NCBI RefSeq assembly: GCF_000012345.1
Contig: NC_007205.1
Span: forward strand, 240,001 to 272,000
Direction of reading: 5' to 3'
Length of the DNA stretch: 32,000 nucleotides
From: Candidatus Pelagibacter ubique HTCC1062
GTDB lineage: Bacteria > Pseudomonadota > Alphaproteobacteria > Pelagibacterales > Pelagibacteraceae
Shown: piece by piece, positions 1 to 12,165 of the stretch
How the letters are laid out: each line of letters opens with the position of its first letter
Position numbering within the stretch: position 1 is the first letter of the stretch
Position numbers and translations under genes: made by a program
The notes under the pieces: model-generated
What the model saw: the letters and a program-made list of their open reading frames with translations, nothing else
What the model was told of the DNA's origin: nothing
The model's database searches: none

Positions 1-735
1 TGTTCTTCCTGGAGGTGCGGTTATTCCAGCAACAAATCCAACCATAGGTTTTTTTATTTTATGGTTTTTAACAAATTCAGCCGCTTCTTCTTCTGCAGAA
101 CCACCAATTTCACCAATCATAAGAATAGATTCCGTCTCAGCATCATTTAAAAATAAATCTAAACAATCAATAAAGTTTGTTCCATTTATTGGATCTCCAC
201 CAATTCCTATACAAGTAGATTGTCCTAATCCGTTTTCAGTTGTTTGTGCAACTGCCTCATAAGTTAAAGTTCCAGATCTTGAAACAATTCCAACAGAACC
301 TTTCTTGTGAATATTTCCAGGCATAATTCCAATCTTACATTCATCAGGCGTAATTATTCCTGGACAATTAGGTCCTATCAATCTGCTTTTTGAATTATTT
401 AGCTTTTGTTTTACACGAAGCATATCTTGAATTGGTACACCTTCGGTAATACAAACTATAAGCTCAATGGATGCATCAATTGCTTCTATAATAGCTGCCG
501 CTGCAAATTTTGCTGGCACATAAATCATAGTTGCATCAGCGCCAACTTCTTGTTTTGCTTCAGCTACAGTATTAAATACTGGACGGTCAAGATGTTTTTG
601 TCCTCCCTTTTTTGGAGTAACTCCACCCACAAGATTAGTTCCATATTTTAATGCTTGTTCTGAATGAAAAGTTCCATGTGTACCTGTAAAACCTTGGCAT
701 ATAACTTTTGTATTTTTATCAATTAAAACTGACAT
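1..735 (-). CDS. sucD: Succinyl-CoA ligase alpha subunit; C-terminus cut by the window edge
   Basis: Absent from the ORF track because it is truncated. Hand translation from the ATG at 735..733 gives [45 protein letters not shown]...[11 protein letters not shown]...IGIGGDP...[10 protein letters not shown]. The frame stays open for 245 codons to base 1. It starts 1 nt after the sucC stop. Confidence 0.95.
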   Translation of the reverse strand, partial: MSVLIDKNTKVICQGFTGTHGTFHSEQALKYGTNLVGGVTPKKGGQKHLDRPVFNTVAEAKQEVGADATMIYVPAKFAAAAIIEAIDASIELIVCITEGVPIQDMLRVKQKLNNSKSRLIGPNCPGIITPDECKIGIMPGNIHKKGSVGIVSRSGTLTYEAVAQTTENGLGQSTCIGIGGDPINGTNFIDCLDLFLNDAETESILMIGEIGGSAEEEAAEFVKNHKIKKPMVGFVAGITAPPGRT

Positions 736-736
736 T

Positions 737-1897
737 CTATTTTATAGCCTCTACTATTTTTTGTGCAGCATCATCTAAATTTTCTGCTGAAATTAATTTT
801 AATCCTGAATTATCTAAAATTTCTTTTCCTTCTTTAAAGTTTGTTCCTGCAAGTCTAACTACTAATGGAACACTTATATTTATTTCTTTGGCAGCATCAA
901 CAACACCTTGAGCAAGGACATCACATCTCATAATTCCCCCAAAAATGTTTATTAATATGCCTTTAACATTTTTGTCCGAAAGAATAATCTTAAGAGCAGC
1001 TGAAACTTTTTCTTTTGAAGCTCCTCCTCCAACATCTAAAAAATTTGCTGGCTCTTCACCATATAATTTAATTATATCCATTGTTGCCATTGCAAGACCT
1101 GCTCCATTGACCATGCAGCCAATGCTTCCATCTAGCTTTATGTAAGCAAGATCGTGTTTACTCGCATCTATTTCTGTGGGATCTTCTTCATTTAAATCCC
1201 TAAGCTCGATTATTTCAGGATGTCTAAATAAAGCATTAGAGTCAAAATTAACTTTTGCATCTAAACAAATTATTTTTTTTTCTTTAGTTAATATTAGTGG
1301 GTTAACTTCAACCATGTTGGCGTCTGTGCCTAAAAACATTTTATATACTGATTTTATCAGCGCTATTGCTTGTTTTTTTGCATCATCTGCTAAAGCATAA
1401 ATTGCAATTATTTTTTCACAGTCAGCATCAGAAATTTCATCAGTAATATCTATTTTAGTTGTTATAATTTTTTCTGGAGTTTTTTCTGCAACTTCTTCAA
1501 TGTCCATTCCACCTTGATCGCTGGATATAAATACTATTTTTGAACTTGCTCTATCTACTAAACAAGATAAATAAAATTCTTTATCAATATTAGAGGACTC
1601 TTCTACATATAATCTTTTTACTTCTCTTCCTGCTGGGCCAGTTTGATGTGTTACGAGTGTTTTTCCAAGCAATTCTTTTGCAGCAACACTTAATTCATCA
1701 ATTGTGTTTAAAATTTTTACACCTCCAGCTTTACCTCGTCCACCAGCATGAATTTGTGCTTTTAAAACAAATTTTTCTGTTTTTAATGATTTTGCTTTTT
1801 CAATCAACTCATCAACTGTAAAAGCAAAAACTCCTTCAGGAACTACCGCTCCATATTTTTTTAAAATTTGCTTGGCCTGGTGTTCGTGAATATTCAT
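737..1897 (-). CDS. sucC: Succinyl-CoA ligase beta subunit (ATP-grasp)
   Basis: 386 aa, N-terminus [16 protein letters not shown]. Full-length SucC architecture, immediately followed by sucD. Confidence 0.97.
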   Translation of the reverse strand: MNIHEHQAKQILKKYGAVVPEGVFAFTVDELIEKAKSLKTEKFVLKAQIHAGGRGKAGGVKILNTIDELSVAAKELLGKTLVTHQTGPAGREVKRLYVEESSNIDKEFYLSCLVDRASSKIVFISSDQGGMDIEEVAEKTPEKIITTKIDITDEISDADCEKIIAIYALADDAKKQAIALIKSVYKMFLGTDANMVEVNPLILTKEKKIICLDAKVNFDSNALFRHPEIIELRDLNEEDPTEIDASKHDLAYIKLDGSIGCMVNGAGLAMATMDIIKLYGEEPANFLDVGGGASKEKVSAALKIILSDKNVKGILINIFGGIMRCDVLAQGVVDAAKEINISVPLVVRLAGTNFKEGKEILDNSGLKLISAENLDDAAQKIVEAIK

Positions 1898-2859
1898 TAT
1901 TTAGAAAGATCTGGATCTATTTTAGATGCAGCTTCCCATAATGCTTTCACAGCATCTATAGAGTGCATAAATTCTTTTTTTTCTTTTTCATCTAAATCTA
2001 TTTGCTCTATTTTTTCAACACCATCTTTACCAATTATTACTGGTACACCAGCATAAACATTACTAACTCCATATTCACCATTTAAATGAACTGCACATGG
2101 AAGTAATTTTTTTTCATCTTTTAAATATGCTTCTGCCATTTGTACACCTGAAGCTGCTGGTGCATAAAATGCAGAACCTTTTTCTAGATATTTAACAATC
2201 TCAGCTCCTCCATCTCTAGTTCTTTGATTAATTTCTTCTAACCTTTCTGGAGATATTTTTCCTTCTTTAACTAAGTCTAATAATGGTTTACCTGAAACTT
2301 TTGTAAATCTTGGTAGGGGCACCATTGTGTCTCCATGACCTCCCATAACCATTGCTTCAATTTCTTTTACCGGAACATTAAGCTCTAGGGATAAAAATAA
2401 TTTAAATCTTGAGCTGTCCAAAATTCCTGCCATTCCAACTACTTTATTTGCTGGTAAGCCTGAAAATTTTTGAAAGGCCATCACCATAACGTCTAGTGGA
2501 TTTGTAATGCATATTACAAATGCATTGGGTGCATTTTTTTTAATACCCTCTGCTACTTGTTTAATAATTTTTAAATTAATACCTAATAAATCATCTCTGC
2601 TCATTCCTGGTTTTCTTGGAACTCCTGCAGTGATTATTATTACATCTGAATCTTTTATATCTTCATAATTGTCTGTACCTGAAAATTTTACATTAAAACC
2701 ATCAACAGAGGAAGATTGAGCTATGTCTAGAGCTTTTCCTTTAGCTATACCACTTGCAACATCAAAAAGTACCACCTCATCAGCTACTTCTTTAGTTCCT
2801 ATTAAGTGAGCAAGAGTGCCCCCAATTTGACCCGCTCCTATTAAAGATATTTTTTTCAT
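1897..2859 (-). CDS. mdh: Malate dehydrogenase (LDH-like type)
   Basis: 320 aa with Rossmann motif GAGQIGG at the N-terminus. Typical alphaproteobacterial mdh-sucCD context. Its stop overlaps the sucC ATG (TAATG). AGGAG-type SD at 2861-2868. Confidence 0.96.
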   Translation of the reverse strand: MKKISLIGAGQIGGTLAHLIGTKEVADEVVLFDVASGIAKGKALDIAQSSSVDGFNVKFSGTDNYEDIKDSDVIIITAGVPRKPGMSRDDLLGINLKIIKQVAEGIKKNAPNAFVICITNPLDVMVMAFQKFSGLPANKVVGMAGILDSSRFKLFLSLELNVPVKEIEAMVMGGHGDTMVPLPRFTKVSGKPLLDLVKEGKISPERLEEINQRTRDGGAEIVKYLEKGSAFYAPAASGVQMAEAYLKDEKKLLPCAVHLNGEYGVSNVYAGVPVIIGKDGVEKIEQIDLDEKEKKEFMHSIDAVKALWEAASKIDPDLSK

Positions 2860-2867
2860 TTCTCTCC

Positions 2868-4361
2868 TTATTTCATTGTTGGCATGACAAATTCTGCATT
2901 AGATCTTATTCCAGAAGGCCATCTTGATGTTACTGTTTTAAGCTTTGTATAAAATTTAATTCCTTCAGCTCCGTGCATTGCACTATCTCCAAATAATGAT
3001 CTTTTCCATCCACCAAAACTATGGAATGCCATTGGTACAGGTATTGGAACATTAATTCCAACCATACCAACTTGAATTTTACTAGCAAACGTTCTTCCAG
3101 CATCACCATCTCTTGTGTAAATGCTTACTCCATTACCATACTCATGGTCGTTAATTAACTTTGTTGCTTCTTCAAAAGTTTTAACTCTTATGACTGATAA
3201 AACAGGTCCGAATATTTCTTCTTTATAAATTCTCATATCCTTTTTAACGTGATCAAATAAACAACCCCCTATAAAAAAACCATTTTCATATCCTTGAAGT
3301 TTTATATTTCTTCCATCAACAACTAATTTAGCACCTTCTTCAACTCCAAGATCAACATAACTTTTTACTTTTTCTAAATGTTCTTTGGTAACTAGTGGAC
3401 CCATCTCAGATGTTTTATCCATACCAGGTCCTACTTTTAATGCTTCAGCTTTTTTTGATAAACGAGCAACTAGCTCATCACCTATATCTCCTACAGCTAC
3501 TGCTACTGATTGTGCCATACATCTCTCTCCTGCAGACCCATATGCAGCACCCATTAATCCATTTACCGCACCATCAAGGTCACAGTCAGGCATTACAACT
3601 AAATGATTTTTTGCACCACCTAAAGCTTGAACCCTTTTTTCATTTTTTGCAGAGTTTTCATAAATATATTTTGCAATTGGTGTTGAGCCTACAAAGCTTA
3701 CAGCTTTGACATCTTTGTTTGTTAAAATCGCATCAACAGCTTCTTTATCTCCATTAACAACATTAAAAACACCATCTGGTAGTCCTGCTTCTGTTAGCAA
3801 TTCTGCTAATCTTAGTGGGCAAGATGGATCTTTTTCTGATGGTTTTAAAATAAATGTGTTTCCACATGCAATAGCAATAGGAAACATCCACATTGGCACC
3901 ATTGCAGGAAAATTAAAAGGTGTAATTCCAGCAACAACTCCAAGTGGTTGTCGCATAGACCAACTATCTACATTTGTTCCTACATTTTCTGAAAATTCTC
4001 CTTTAAGTAAATGTGGAATCCCACACGCAAATTCAACAACTTCTAGTCCTCTTGTTAAAGAACCTTTGGCATCTTCATAAACTTTCCCATGCTCTGAAAC
4101 TATTAACTTTGTAAGTTCATCGGCATTTTTTTCTATTAACTCTTTAAATTTAAACATTACCCTTGCTCTTTGAAGTGAAGGTTTTAAAGACCAAGTTTCA
4201 AAAGCTTTTTGAGCTACTTCTACAGCTTTATCTAGATCAGTTTTACTGGCTAATCTTACCTCAGACTCTTGTTCACCAGTTGCTGGATTAAAAACTTTAC
4301 TTTTTCTGTCAGAAGAGCCTGAAATTAGCTTTCCGCCAACAAAATGTTCTAATAAATTCAT
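2868..4361 (-). CDS. mmsA: CoA-acylating methylmalonate/malonate-semialdehyde dehydrogenase (ALDH superfamily)
   Basis: 497 aa. ALDH motifs [10 protein letters not shown] and catalytic-Cys region GERCMA. Length and termini are typical of the MmsA/IolA family. Confidence 0.88.
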   Translation of the reverse strand: MNLLEHFVGGKLISGSSDRKSKVFNPATGEQESEVRLASKTDLDKAVEVAQKAFETWSLKPSLQRARVMFKFKELIEKNADELTKLIVSEHGKVYEDAKGSLTRGLEVVEFACGIPHLLKGEFSENVGTNVDSWSMRQPLGVVAGITPFNFPAMVPMWMFPIAIACGNTFILKPSEKDPSCPLRLAELLTEAGLPDGVFNVVNGDKEAVDAILTNKDVKAVSFVGSTPIAKYIYENSAKNEKRVQALGGAKNHLVVMPDCDLDGAVNGLMGAAYGSAGERCMAQSVAVAVGDIGDELVARLSKKAEALKVGPGMDKTSEMGPLVTKEHLEKVKSYVDLGVEEGAKLVVDGRNIKLQGYENGFFIGGCLFDHVKKDMRIYKEEIFGPVLSVIRVKTFEEATKLINDHEYGNGVSIYTRDGDAGRTFASKIQVGMVGINVPIPVPMAFHSFGGWKRSLFGDSAMHGAEGIKFYTKLKTVTSRWPSGIRSNAEFVMPTMK

Positions 4362-4385
4362 GAATGGTGTTATTTAAAGGGGTAA

Positions 4386-5159
4386 TTAGCTTGTTGCAAG
4401 CATTTTTTTCAATTCAGCTATAGCTTTTGCTGGATTTAATCCCTTTGGACAAGCATTAGTACAATTCATAATAGTATGACATCTATAAAGTTTAAGCTCA
4501 TCAGCTACTTTTTTTAATCTCTCTTTTTTTTCATCATCTCTACTATCAACTATCCATCTATAAGCCTGAAGTAAAACTGCAGGACCTAAATATTTATCAC
4601 CATTCCACCAATAACTTGGACAAGATGTTGAGCAGCATGCACACATGATACATTCATATGCACCGTCTAATTTTACTCTGTCTTCTTTAGTTTGTAATAT
4701 CTCAGTGGTTTCAACTTTTGTATTTGTTTTTAGCCATGGCTCGATTGATTCATACTGTTTGTATAATCCACTTAAATCACCAATTAAATCTTTTTTAACT
4801 TTTAAATGAGGTAATGGATAAATATTTATATCACCTTCAATTTCTGAATGAGGCTTTGTACATGCTAAACCATTTTTACCATCCATATTCATTGCACAAG
4901 ATCCACAAACTCCATGTGCACACGATCTACGATAAGCTAATGATGGGTCAATTTCGTTTTTAATTTTATTTAAAATATCTAATACTTTTGAAGGACAATT
5001 ATCCATATCCACTTCATAGGTATCTACTCTTGGGTTTTCTCCATTTGAGGGATCCCATCTGTAAACATTTACTTTTCTAATATTTTTTGACCCAGTCTTA
5101 TCTTGGTAATAGTTGCCTTTTTGAACTTCTGAATTTTTAGGTAAATTTATTTGAACCAC
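4386..5159 (-). CDS. sdhB: Succinate dehydrogenase iron-sulfur subunit
   Basis: 257 aa with three Cys clusters ([36 protein letters not shown]). Confidence 0.96.
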   Translation of the reverse strand: MVQINLPKNSEVQKGNYYQDKTGSKNIRKVNVYRWDPSNGENPRVDTYEVDMDNCPSKVLDILNKIKNEIDPSLAYRRSCAHGVCGSCAMNMDGKNGLACTKPHSEIEGDINIYPLPHLKVKKDLIGDLSGLYKQYESIEPWLKTNTKVETTEILQTKEDRVKLDGAYECIMCACCSTSCPSYWWNGDKYLGPAVLLQAYRWIVDSRDDEKKERLKKVADELKLYRCHTIMNCTNACPKGLNPAKAIAELKKMLATS

Positions 5160-6931
5160 TAGTAAACTCTTTCTTGAGGTGGAAAGTATTGAACTTCATT
5201 TGTTAAAGTTGTTTTAGTAACTGGTCTATATCCAATTTTTGAATCTTTTCCATTGCACCAAGCAATAGTGTGTTGCATAAATTTTTCATCATCTCTTTTT
5301 GGGAAATCTTCTCTTGCATGCGCACCTCTACTCTCTTGTCTATTATAAGCAGAATCCACTGTTGTAATTGCTTGTCTAATCAAATTATCAAATTCCAATG
5401 TTTCCACTAAATCAGTATTGAAAACAAGTGACTTATCTTTTACAGAAATTGATTCCATTCCATCGTATGCTTTTCTAATATTATCAACACCCTCTTTAAG
5501 CGTTTTTTCTGTTCTAAAAACAGCACACTTTGATTGCATAGTTTTCTGCATTGAAAGTCTAAGTTCTGCTGTACTATTTTCACCGTTAGAGTTTCTTAAT
5601 TTATCAAATCTTTCTAAGCATTTTTCTGTTTCAGCCTCTCCTATATCCTCGTGTGGAGTTCCTGGTTTTACAAGTTCTGCAGCTCTCTTGGCTGCAGCTC
5701 TTCCAAATACAACTAGGTCAATTAAAGAATTAGATCCTAATCTATTTGCTCCATGAACAGAAACACAGGCAGCCTCACCAATTGCCATTAATCCTGGAAC
5801 TGTTTCAGAATCATTTCCTGTTAATACTTCAGCTTTATAGTTTGTTGGGATACCTCCCATATTATAATGAACGGTGGGCACTACTGGTATTGGCTCCTTA
5901 GTTACATCAACATTTGCAAATAATCTTGCTGCTTCCGTTATTCCTGGAAGTCTACTTTCAATAATATTTTTGTCTAAATGACTTAAGTGTAAATGAACAT
6001 GATCCTGTTCTTTACCCACACCTCTTCCTTCGTTAATCTCAATTGACATTGATCTACTTACTACATCTCTAGATGCTAAGTCTTTAGCTTTTGGTGCGTA
6101 ACGCTCCATAAATCTTTCACCTTTTGAATTAACTAAATATCCACCTTCACCTCTAACACCTTCAGAAATTAAAGTTCCGTGCCCATAAATTCCTGTTGGG
6201 TGAAATTGTACAAATTCCATATCTTGTAATGGTAAGCCTGCTCTTAAAACCATTGCATTTCCATCTCCAGTACAAGTGTGTGCTGAAGTTGCAGAATAAT
6301 AAGCTTTTCCGTAACCCCCTGTTGCAATTATTGTGCTGTGCGCTCTAAATCTATGAATTGTTCCATCATTTAAATTCCAAGCAATAAGACCTTTGCATTC
6401 ACCATCCTTCATTAATAAATCTAAAGCAAAATATTCAATAAAAAATTCAGTGTTATGTTTTAAAGCTTGTCCATAAAGAGTATGAAGTATTGCGTGTCCA
6501 GTTCTATCTGCAGCTGCACATGTTCTTTGAACAATTCCATTACCATAATTTTTTGTCATTCCACCAAAAGGTCTTTGGTAAATTTTGCCATCATCAGTTC
6601 TGCTAAATGGAACTCCATATTTTTCTAACTCTATAACAGCAGCTGGAGCTTCTTTACAAAGATACTCAATACTATCTTGGTCACCTAACCAGTCAGCACC
6701 TTTAACAGTATCATACATATGCCAACGCCAATCATCTTCACCCATATTCCCTAAAGATGCAGAAATTCCTCCTTGTGCAGCTGAGGTATGACTTCTTGTT
6801 GGAAATACTTTTGAAATGCAGGCTGTCTTTAAACCAGCTTCACTTAAACCAACAGCAGCTCTTAGACCTGATCCTCCGGCACCAAGTACGATGACATCGT
6901 ATTCGTGGTCTATTATTTTATATGAGCTCAT
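5159..6931 (-). CDS. sdhA: Succinate dehydrogenase flavoprotein subunit
   Basis: 590 aa. FAD-binding [12 protein letters not shown], plus the HPTG and [11 protein letters not shown] motifs. Confidence 0.97.
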   Translation of the reverse strand: MSSYKIIDHEYDVIVLGAGGSGLRAAVGLSEAGLKTACISKVFPTRSHTSAAQGGISASLGNMGEDDWRWHMYDTVKGADWLGDQDSIEYLCKEAPAAVIELEKYGVPFSRTDDGKIYQRPFGGMTKNYGNGIVQRTCAAADRTGHAILHTLYGQALKHNTEFFIEYFALDLLMKDGECKGLIAWNLNDGTIHRFRAHSTIIATGGYGKAYYSATSAHTCTGDGNAMVLRAGLPLQDMEFVQFHPTGIYGHGTLISEGVRGEGGYLVNSKGERFMERYAPKAKDLASRDVVSRSMSIEINEGRGVGKEQDHVHLHLSHLDKNIIESRLPGITEAARLFANVDVTKEPIPVVPTVHYNMGGIPTNYKAEVLTGNDSETVPGLMAIGEAACVSVHGANRLGSNSLIDLVVFGRAAAKRAAELVKPGTPHEDIGEAETEKCLERFDKLRNSNGENSTAELRLSMQKTMQSKCAVFRTEKTLKEGVDNIRKAYDGMESISVKDKSLVFNTDLVETLEFDNLIRQAITTVDSAYNRQESRGAHAREDFPKRDDEKFMQHTIAWCNGKDSKIGYRPVTKTTLTNEVQYFPPQERVY

Positions 6932-7257
6932 TAGTTTAAATTCAATATTACAGTTATTGTTATAATTGGCATTATTATAGCAAAAATATTAAGTACTTTG
7001 TTTGCGGCATTTTTGATTTTTTCATTCTGAATATAATCTTCAAATACTTCGCTAATACTTAGGGTAGAAAAAAAGTAAGCAAATACTAGTGTTAAAGAAA
7101 CTAAAATTTTAGATGGTTGAGTGGTAAAGAAATTAACAACCTCAATATAATCTTTATCAAAAATTGAAACTAAATTTAGAATAAACCAAATCATTAAAGG
7201 TACTAAAATTACTGAACTAATTTTCATGAACAGCCATTTTTTTGTTACAGAGTTCAT
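6931..7257 (-). CDS. sdhD: Succinate dehydrogenase hydrophobic membrane anchor subunit
   Basis: 108 aa, strongly hydrophobic with about 3 helices. Called mainly from its position between sdhC and sdhA. Confidence 0.75.
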   Translation of the reverse strand: MNSVTKKWLFMKISSVILVPLMIWFILNLVSIFDKDYIEVVNFFTTQPSKILVSLTLVFAYFFSTLSISEVFEDYIQNEKIKNAANKVLNIFAIIMPIITITVILNLN

Positions 7258-7258
7258 T

Positions 7259-7642
7259 TTAAATAAAATTCCTTCCTAATAGATAAAATAGAATTGTAAA
7301 AAAAATAGATCCAAAAATTACAAATAAACCTGTAATCTTTGTGGTCTTTAGTTCAAAACCATAACCAAGATCCATTACTAAATGTCTTATTTCACTCAAT
7401 ACCTGAAAGCTAAAAGACCAAGTTAAACAAATAATAATAAATTTTCCAAAAATAGATTGCAAAAATAATTTTGTTAGATCGTAGCTAGATTCTCCTAACA
7501 ACAAAGAAAATATCCACAAACAAATTACTGTTATTGCAAATATATTAACTATTCCTGTAATCCTATGAGAAATAGAAACCAAAGAAGATATGTGCCATCT
7601 ATAAATTTGAATGTGTGGTGATAAAGGGTTGTTATTATCCAT
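7259..7642 (-). CDS. sdhC: Succinate dehydrogenase cytochrome b556 subunit
   Basis: 127 aa. N-terminal LSPHIQIYRW...SISHRITG motif typical of SdhC, three hydrophobic helices. Confidence 0.85.
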   Translation of the reverse strand: MDNNNPLSPHIQIYRWHISSLVSISHRITGIVNIFAITVICLWIFSLLLGESSYDLTKLFLQSIFGKFIIICLTWSFSFQVLSEIRHLVMDLGYGFELKTTKITGLFVIFGSIFFTILFYLLGRNFI

Positions 7643-8636
7643 TATTCTTCCTAATTAAAAGCTCAGCTATTTCTACTGCATTCAGTGCAGCACCTCTTAA
7701 TAAATTATCTGATACTATCCACATATTGAGTGTATTTTTTTTTGTTTTATCTTCTCTAATCCTAGAAATATAAGTTTCATTTTTACCTTCTGCCTCTAAA
7801 GGAGTAATGTAGCCTCCATCTTCTCTTTTATCATACACCTCACATCCCTCTGCACTATCTAATAAAGAGTGTATTGTTTGTAAGCTAAATGGTTTTTCAA
7901 ATTCAATATTTACAGATTCAGCATGAGAAACTAGCACTGGAATTCTTACGCATGTTGCAGTTAGCTCAATTTTGTCATCTAAAATCTTTTTTGTTTCGTT
8001 AACCATCTTTAATTCTTCTTTTGTGTAACCATCATCTGCAAAAACATCTATGTGAGGAATTGCATTAAATGCAATTTGTTTAGTAAAATTTTTAGAATTT
8101 ATTTTCTTTTTATCTAATGATAATTTAGTTTGTTCAATCAATTCATCCATTGATGCTTTACCACCACCAGATACAGATTGATAAGTTGATATAACTACTC
8201 TTTTTATATTAAATTCATCATGTAAGGGTTTTAGAGCTATTACCAATTGTGCTGTAGAACAGTTTGGATTAGCAATAATATTTTTTTTTAAAACATTAAT
8301 TGCTTCTGGATTCACTTGTGGAACAATTAAAGGTACATCTTGATCCATTCTGAAAAAGCTAGAATTATCAATTACTGTAGTATGTTTTGCTGCTTTTTCT
8401 GCATATTTTTCTGATATTTTTCCACCAGCTGCAAAAAAGGTAATTTCAGCTTTTGAGAAATCATAAGTCTCTAAGTTAAAAATCTCATGCTCCTTACCAT
8501 TAAAATTTACTTTTTGACCAGCACTCCTTGAAGAGGCAACTAAAAATAATTGTTCTATTGAAATTTTTTTCTGCTCTAATACTTCGAGCATTTTTCTTCC
8601 AACATTACCTGAGGCTCCTACAATTGCTATATTCAT
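7635..8636 (-). CDS. asd: Aspartate-semialdehyde dehydrogenase (short form)
   Basis: 333 aa. N-terminal VGASGNVGR Rossmann motif and active-site NPNCST. Its 3' end overlaps the sdhC start by 8 nt. Confidence 0.93.
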   Translation of the reverse strand: MNIAIVGASGNVGRKMLEVLEQKKISIEQLFLVASSRSAGQKVNFNGKEHEIFNLETYDFSKAEITFFAAGGKISEKYAEKAAKHTTVIDNSSFFRMDQDVPLIVPQVNPEAINVLKKNIIANPNCSTAQLVIALKPLHDEFNIKRVVISTYQSVSGGGKASMDELIEQTKLSLDKKKINSKNFTKQIAFNAIPHIDVFADDGYTKEELKMVNETKKILDDKIELTATCVRIPVLVSHAESVNIEFEKPFSLQTIHSLLDSAEGCEVYDKREDGGYITPLEAEGKNETYISRIREDKTKKNTLNMWIVSDNLLRGAALNAVEIAELLIRKNNG

Positions 8637-8656
8637 GATATTATTTTACTTTTATA

Positions 8657-9766
8657 CTAGATGAAGGGTAAATCACAAACGTTTCCATTAATGGTATTAT
8701 CGTTTATTTGAATTTTAAAGCCTTGAGATGCTTCCCAGTGGGATTTCTTGATCATTGCTATGCCTATAACCTTTTGAAAATGAGGTGAATAACAAGCCGA
8801 TCTTAATTCACCAATCACATTATTATTTTCATCATATATGTTTTTTGATCCCGTAAGACTAATTTCTTTTATATCAATTTTAACTCCCCTTAATTTTTTT
8901 TGGGGTCCTTTTAATTTTATTTCTTTCAATTTTTCTTTTCCTAAAAAATTTATATCACTATCTAAGCTAACATATTGATCAAAACCACATTCAAATGGAT
9001 TGTCGTTATTATCAAAATCATTACCATAAGATAACAGTGCACTCTCAATTCTCTCTATTAAATTCGGACATCCTGGCCCTACATTAAATTCTTTTCCAAC
9101 TTCAAAAAGATGGTCATACAATTTTTGTCCTGACTGTGTGTTTTCAACGTATACTTCATATCCTCCTTGTTTAGACCATCCTGATCTAGCTATAAGGTGC
9201 TTTGTGCCTTCAAAATCAAAATAATCAAACCCAAAGAATTTTAGCTCAGTAATTTTTTTTCCAAAAACTTTTTCCATTAACGCAAAGGATTTTGGACCTT
9301 GTATTGCCATAATATCAACTACTGGTTCTACAATTTTAACATCAAATTTGTGTCCTGATGCTAAGCCTTTGGCAAAAAAGATTACATCCGAATCTGCTAT
9401 TGATATCCACCATTTATTTTCATCAAGTTTTAAAACAACTGGGTCATTAACTAAATTTCCATTTTCGTCTATTATTGGACAATAATAACATCTGCCTATT
9501 TTAGATTTTGATAGATCCCGACATGTCATCAATTGTACTAACTCTGCCGAGTCTTTTCCTGATATTTCTACTTGTCTTTCTGCAGCGACATCCCATATCT
9601 GAACATGTTCTTTTAAATGTTTGTAGCTATCCTCTATTGATCCAAATGCAGCAGGTAACAACATATGATTATATATTGTGTATGCTGTAACACCTTGTTT
9701 CTCTATTCTTGAGGTATAAGGAGTACTTCTTAATCTTCTTGATTTTGCTATTGAAAAATTTTTCAT
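8657..9766 (-). CDS. dmdA: DMSP demethylase (GcvT/aminomethyltransferase fold, tetrahydrofolate-dependent)
   Basis: 369 aa with GcvT-family architecture. The sequence ([25 protein letters not shown]...) matches my memory of the SAR11 DmdA. Acyl-CoA ligase and acyl-CoA dehydrogenase genes lie just upstream, as in the described dmd cluster. Confidence 0.85.
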
Positions 9767-10539
9767 TTTTTTAAAAATTCAGAGATCTTTTCTCTCATTT
9801 CAAAAGCTTTTTCAAACATAATCATATGTCCACAATTTTTAATTATATGAGTTTTTGAATTAAGAACGAGCTCTGCAAATTTCTTACCTTTTTCAATATT
9901 AACCATCTTATCTAGCTCACCAAAGATAAATAATGTCGGACACTTGATTGACTTTAACGCCTCAGATCCATTTTTATAATTATTACATGCTATAAGATCG
10001 ATAGCTAAAACTTCTCTAATATTTCTTGGAGAATTAATAATTTTTTCCACAGGATTACCTCCAATGAATTTTTTATAATTCTCATAGCTCCATTTCATCA
10101 TTAACTGAACTGCTTTATCATCTCCATTTTCAGCAAGATCAATTAAATCTTGATTAACAGGCATTCTGTAAGAACCACCTATAAATATTAAATTTTTAAC
10201 TCTTTTAGAATACCTTAATGAATATTCCAATGCTTCCAAACACCCTTGGGAATGACCTATTATTGTTAATTCAGAAACATTAAGTTTTTTAAAAACTTTT
10301 TCTAACCAATCTGAAATTTCTTCTATTGATTTTAAACAATCACCTTCAGAATTTCCATGTCCAGGTAAATCTATTGCTAAAACATTATAATTTTGATTTG
10401 ATAAATACTGTTCTGTTAAGGACCAAACAATATGTGAGAGACCACTTCCATGCAGCAAAACTATTGTTGATTTTTTTTTATCAATACCTTGGCCTGAATC
10501 TGATGCAAAGACTTTTTTGTTGTCTACTTGAAAGATCAA
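9763..10539 (-). CDS. Alpha/beta-fold hydrolase, substrate unknown
   Basis: 258 aa. Oxyanion HGSG, nucleophile elbow GHSQG and a C-terminal GH (NCGHMI). The only start before the HG motif is TTG at 10539, which overlaps the dmdB stop (TTGA). Its own stop overlaps the dmdA ATG (ATGA). Confidence 0.8.
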
Positions 10540-12164
10540 CTTAATTCCTTAACTTTCTTTCTAAGTTCAAATTTTTGAATTTTTCCTGTTGAAGTTTTTG
10601 GTAAATCACAAAAAATAACACTCTTAGGAAGTTTAAATCCTGCCAATGTTTCTCTACAAAAATCTATTATTTCTTTTTCTGTTGCTGGCTTATCTTTAAT
10701 TAATTCAACAAAAGCACAAGGTGTTTCTCCCCATTTTTCATCTGGTTTAGCAACTACAGCTGCTAAAGAAACTGAAGGGTGTTTTGCAATTGCATTTTCA
10801 ATTTCTATTGAAGAAATATTTTCTCCTCCAGAAATAATGATATCTTTAGATCTATCTTGAATTTTTATATATCCATCAGGATGAGTCACAGCTAAATCTC
10901 CTGAATGAAACCATCCACCTGCCATTGATTTATCTGTTGCTTCTTTATCCTTGTAATATCCCTTCATTACAATATTCCCTCTAATCATAATTTCACCCAT
11001 AGTCTTTCCATCTTTAGGTACTGGCTTCATTGTTTCTGGATCCATTACAATAGCACCCTCTGTGTTTGGGTAACGTACACCTTGCCTTGCTTTGATTTCA
11101 TTCTTTTTATCTTTTTCTAAAGAATTCCAATCATCATTCCACGCACACTGCAACATATGACCATAAGTTTCTGTTAATCCATAAACATGCATAACCTCAA
11201 AGCCAAGATTTTCCATTTTTTCAAAAATAATACTTGGTGGAGGTGCACCTGCTGTTAAAACATTGACTTTTCTTTTTAAGGCTTTTTGATCTTCCTTAGG
11301 AGCATTAACAATCATATTTAAAACTATTGGAGCTCCACCAAAATGTGTTACTTCATATTTATCAATTAGTTCAAACATCTTTTTAACATCAATATTTCTT
11401 AAACAAATTACTCTTGCGTGCAGCATTGCTAATGTCCAAGGATAACACCAACCATTGCAATGAAACATTGGGACAACACATAAAAAATTTAATTTGTTAG
11501 GCATATTCCAAGCTGTAACACTACCTGTTGCCATCAAATATGAGCCTCTGTGATGATAAACTACTCCTTTTGGGTTTCCAGTAGTTCCTGACGTATACCC
11601 TAATGAAATGGCTTCCCATTCATCTTTTGGTTTTTTCCATTCATAATTTTCATTACCTGTGTTTAAGAAACTTTCATATTCAAGTTCACCTATTCTTTTA
11701 AAAGAACTTGTGTCTATGTCCTGGTCGTCAATATCAATAATTGTAATTTTATTTTTAACATTTTTTAAAGCCTTCTCAATTACATCATGAAATTGTCTAT
11801 CTACAATTAAAACCTTTGCATCACTATGTTGTAAAATATAACTTATAGTATTGGGGTCTAGTCTTGTATTGATTGCATTAATTACTGCCCCCACCATAGG
11901 TATTGAATAATGTGCTTCAAAAATTTCTGGTGTATTGAAAGCCATTATAGAAACTGTATCTCCAGTTTTCACACCCAATTTATCTAATGCGCTAGCAAAC
12001 TTAACACATCTTTTATAAACTTCTTCCCAAGTATACGACCTACTTTCATAAACTAAGGCTTCATAATTTGGATATATATCTTTAGTTCTTTCTAAGAATG
12101 TTAAAGGGGAAAGAGGAACATAATTAGCCTCATTTTTATCTAAATTTGTATCGTAATGACTCAT
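10536..12164 (-). CDS. dmdB: AMP-forming acyl-CoA synthetase; probable 3-methylmercaptopropionate-CoA ligase
   Basis: 542 aa with adenylate-forming motif GYTSGTTGNPKGV and C-terminal GKIQK. The family call is firm. The DmdB assignment rests on the dmdA context and my recollection of the SAR11 cluster. Confidence 0.8.
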   Translation of the reverse strand: MSHYDTNLDKNEANYVPLSPLTFLERTKDIYPNYEALVYESRSYTWEEVYKRCVKFASALDKLGVKTGDTVSIMAFNTPEIFEAHYSIPMVGAVINAINTRLDPNTISYILQHSDAKVLIVDRQFHDVIEKALKNVKNKITIIDIDDQDIDTSSFKRIGELEYESFLNTGNENYEWKKPKDEWEAISLGYTSGTTGNPKGVVYHHRGSYLMATGSVTAWNMPNKLNFLCVVPMFHCNGWCYPWTLAMLHARVICLRNIDVKKMFELIDKYEVTHFGGAPIVLNMIVNAPKEDQKALKRKVNVLTAGAPPPSIIFEKMENLGFEVMHVYGLTETYGHMLQCAWNDDWNSLEKDKKNEIKARQGVRYPNTEGAIVMDPETMKPVPKDGKTMGEIMIRGNIVMKGYYKDKEATDKSMAGGWFHSGDLAVTHPDGYIKIQDRSKDIIISGGENISSIEIENAIAKHPSVSLAAVVAKPDEKWGETPCAFVELIKDKPATEKEIIDFCRETLAGFKLPKSVIFCDLPKTSTGKIQKFELRKKVKELS

Positions 12165-12165
12165 A

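Noticed and set aside
406-4080. Several plus-strand ORFs of 60-124 aa (e.g. 406-651, 708-911, 945-1145, 1176-1400, 3385-3606, 3395-3709, 3706-4080)
   Set aside because: All lie fully inside well-supported minus-strand genes (sucD, sucC, mmsA). Their products are low complexity and Ser/Leu/Phe-rich, as expected for antisense frames. The same reasoning applies to 5418-5756, 6585-6791, 9508-9690, 10326-10544, 12383-12622, 15122-15340, 16158-16589, 23129-23320, 23745-23933, 24849-25092, 25969-26175, 27615-27818, 28137-28337 and 30639-30860, and to the minus-strand ORF 20894-21121 inside dapF.
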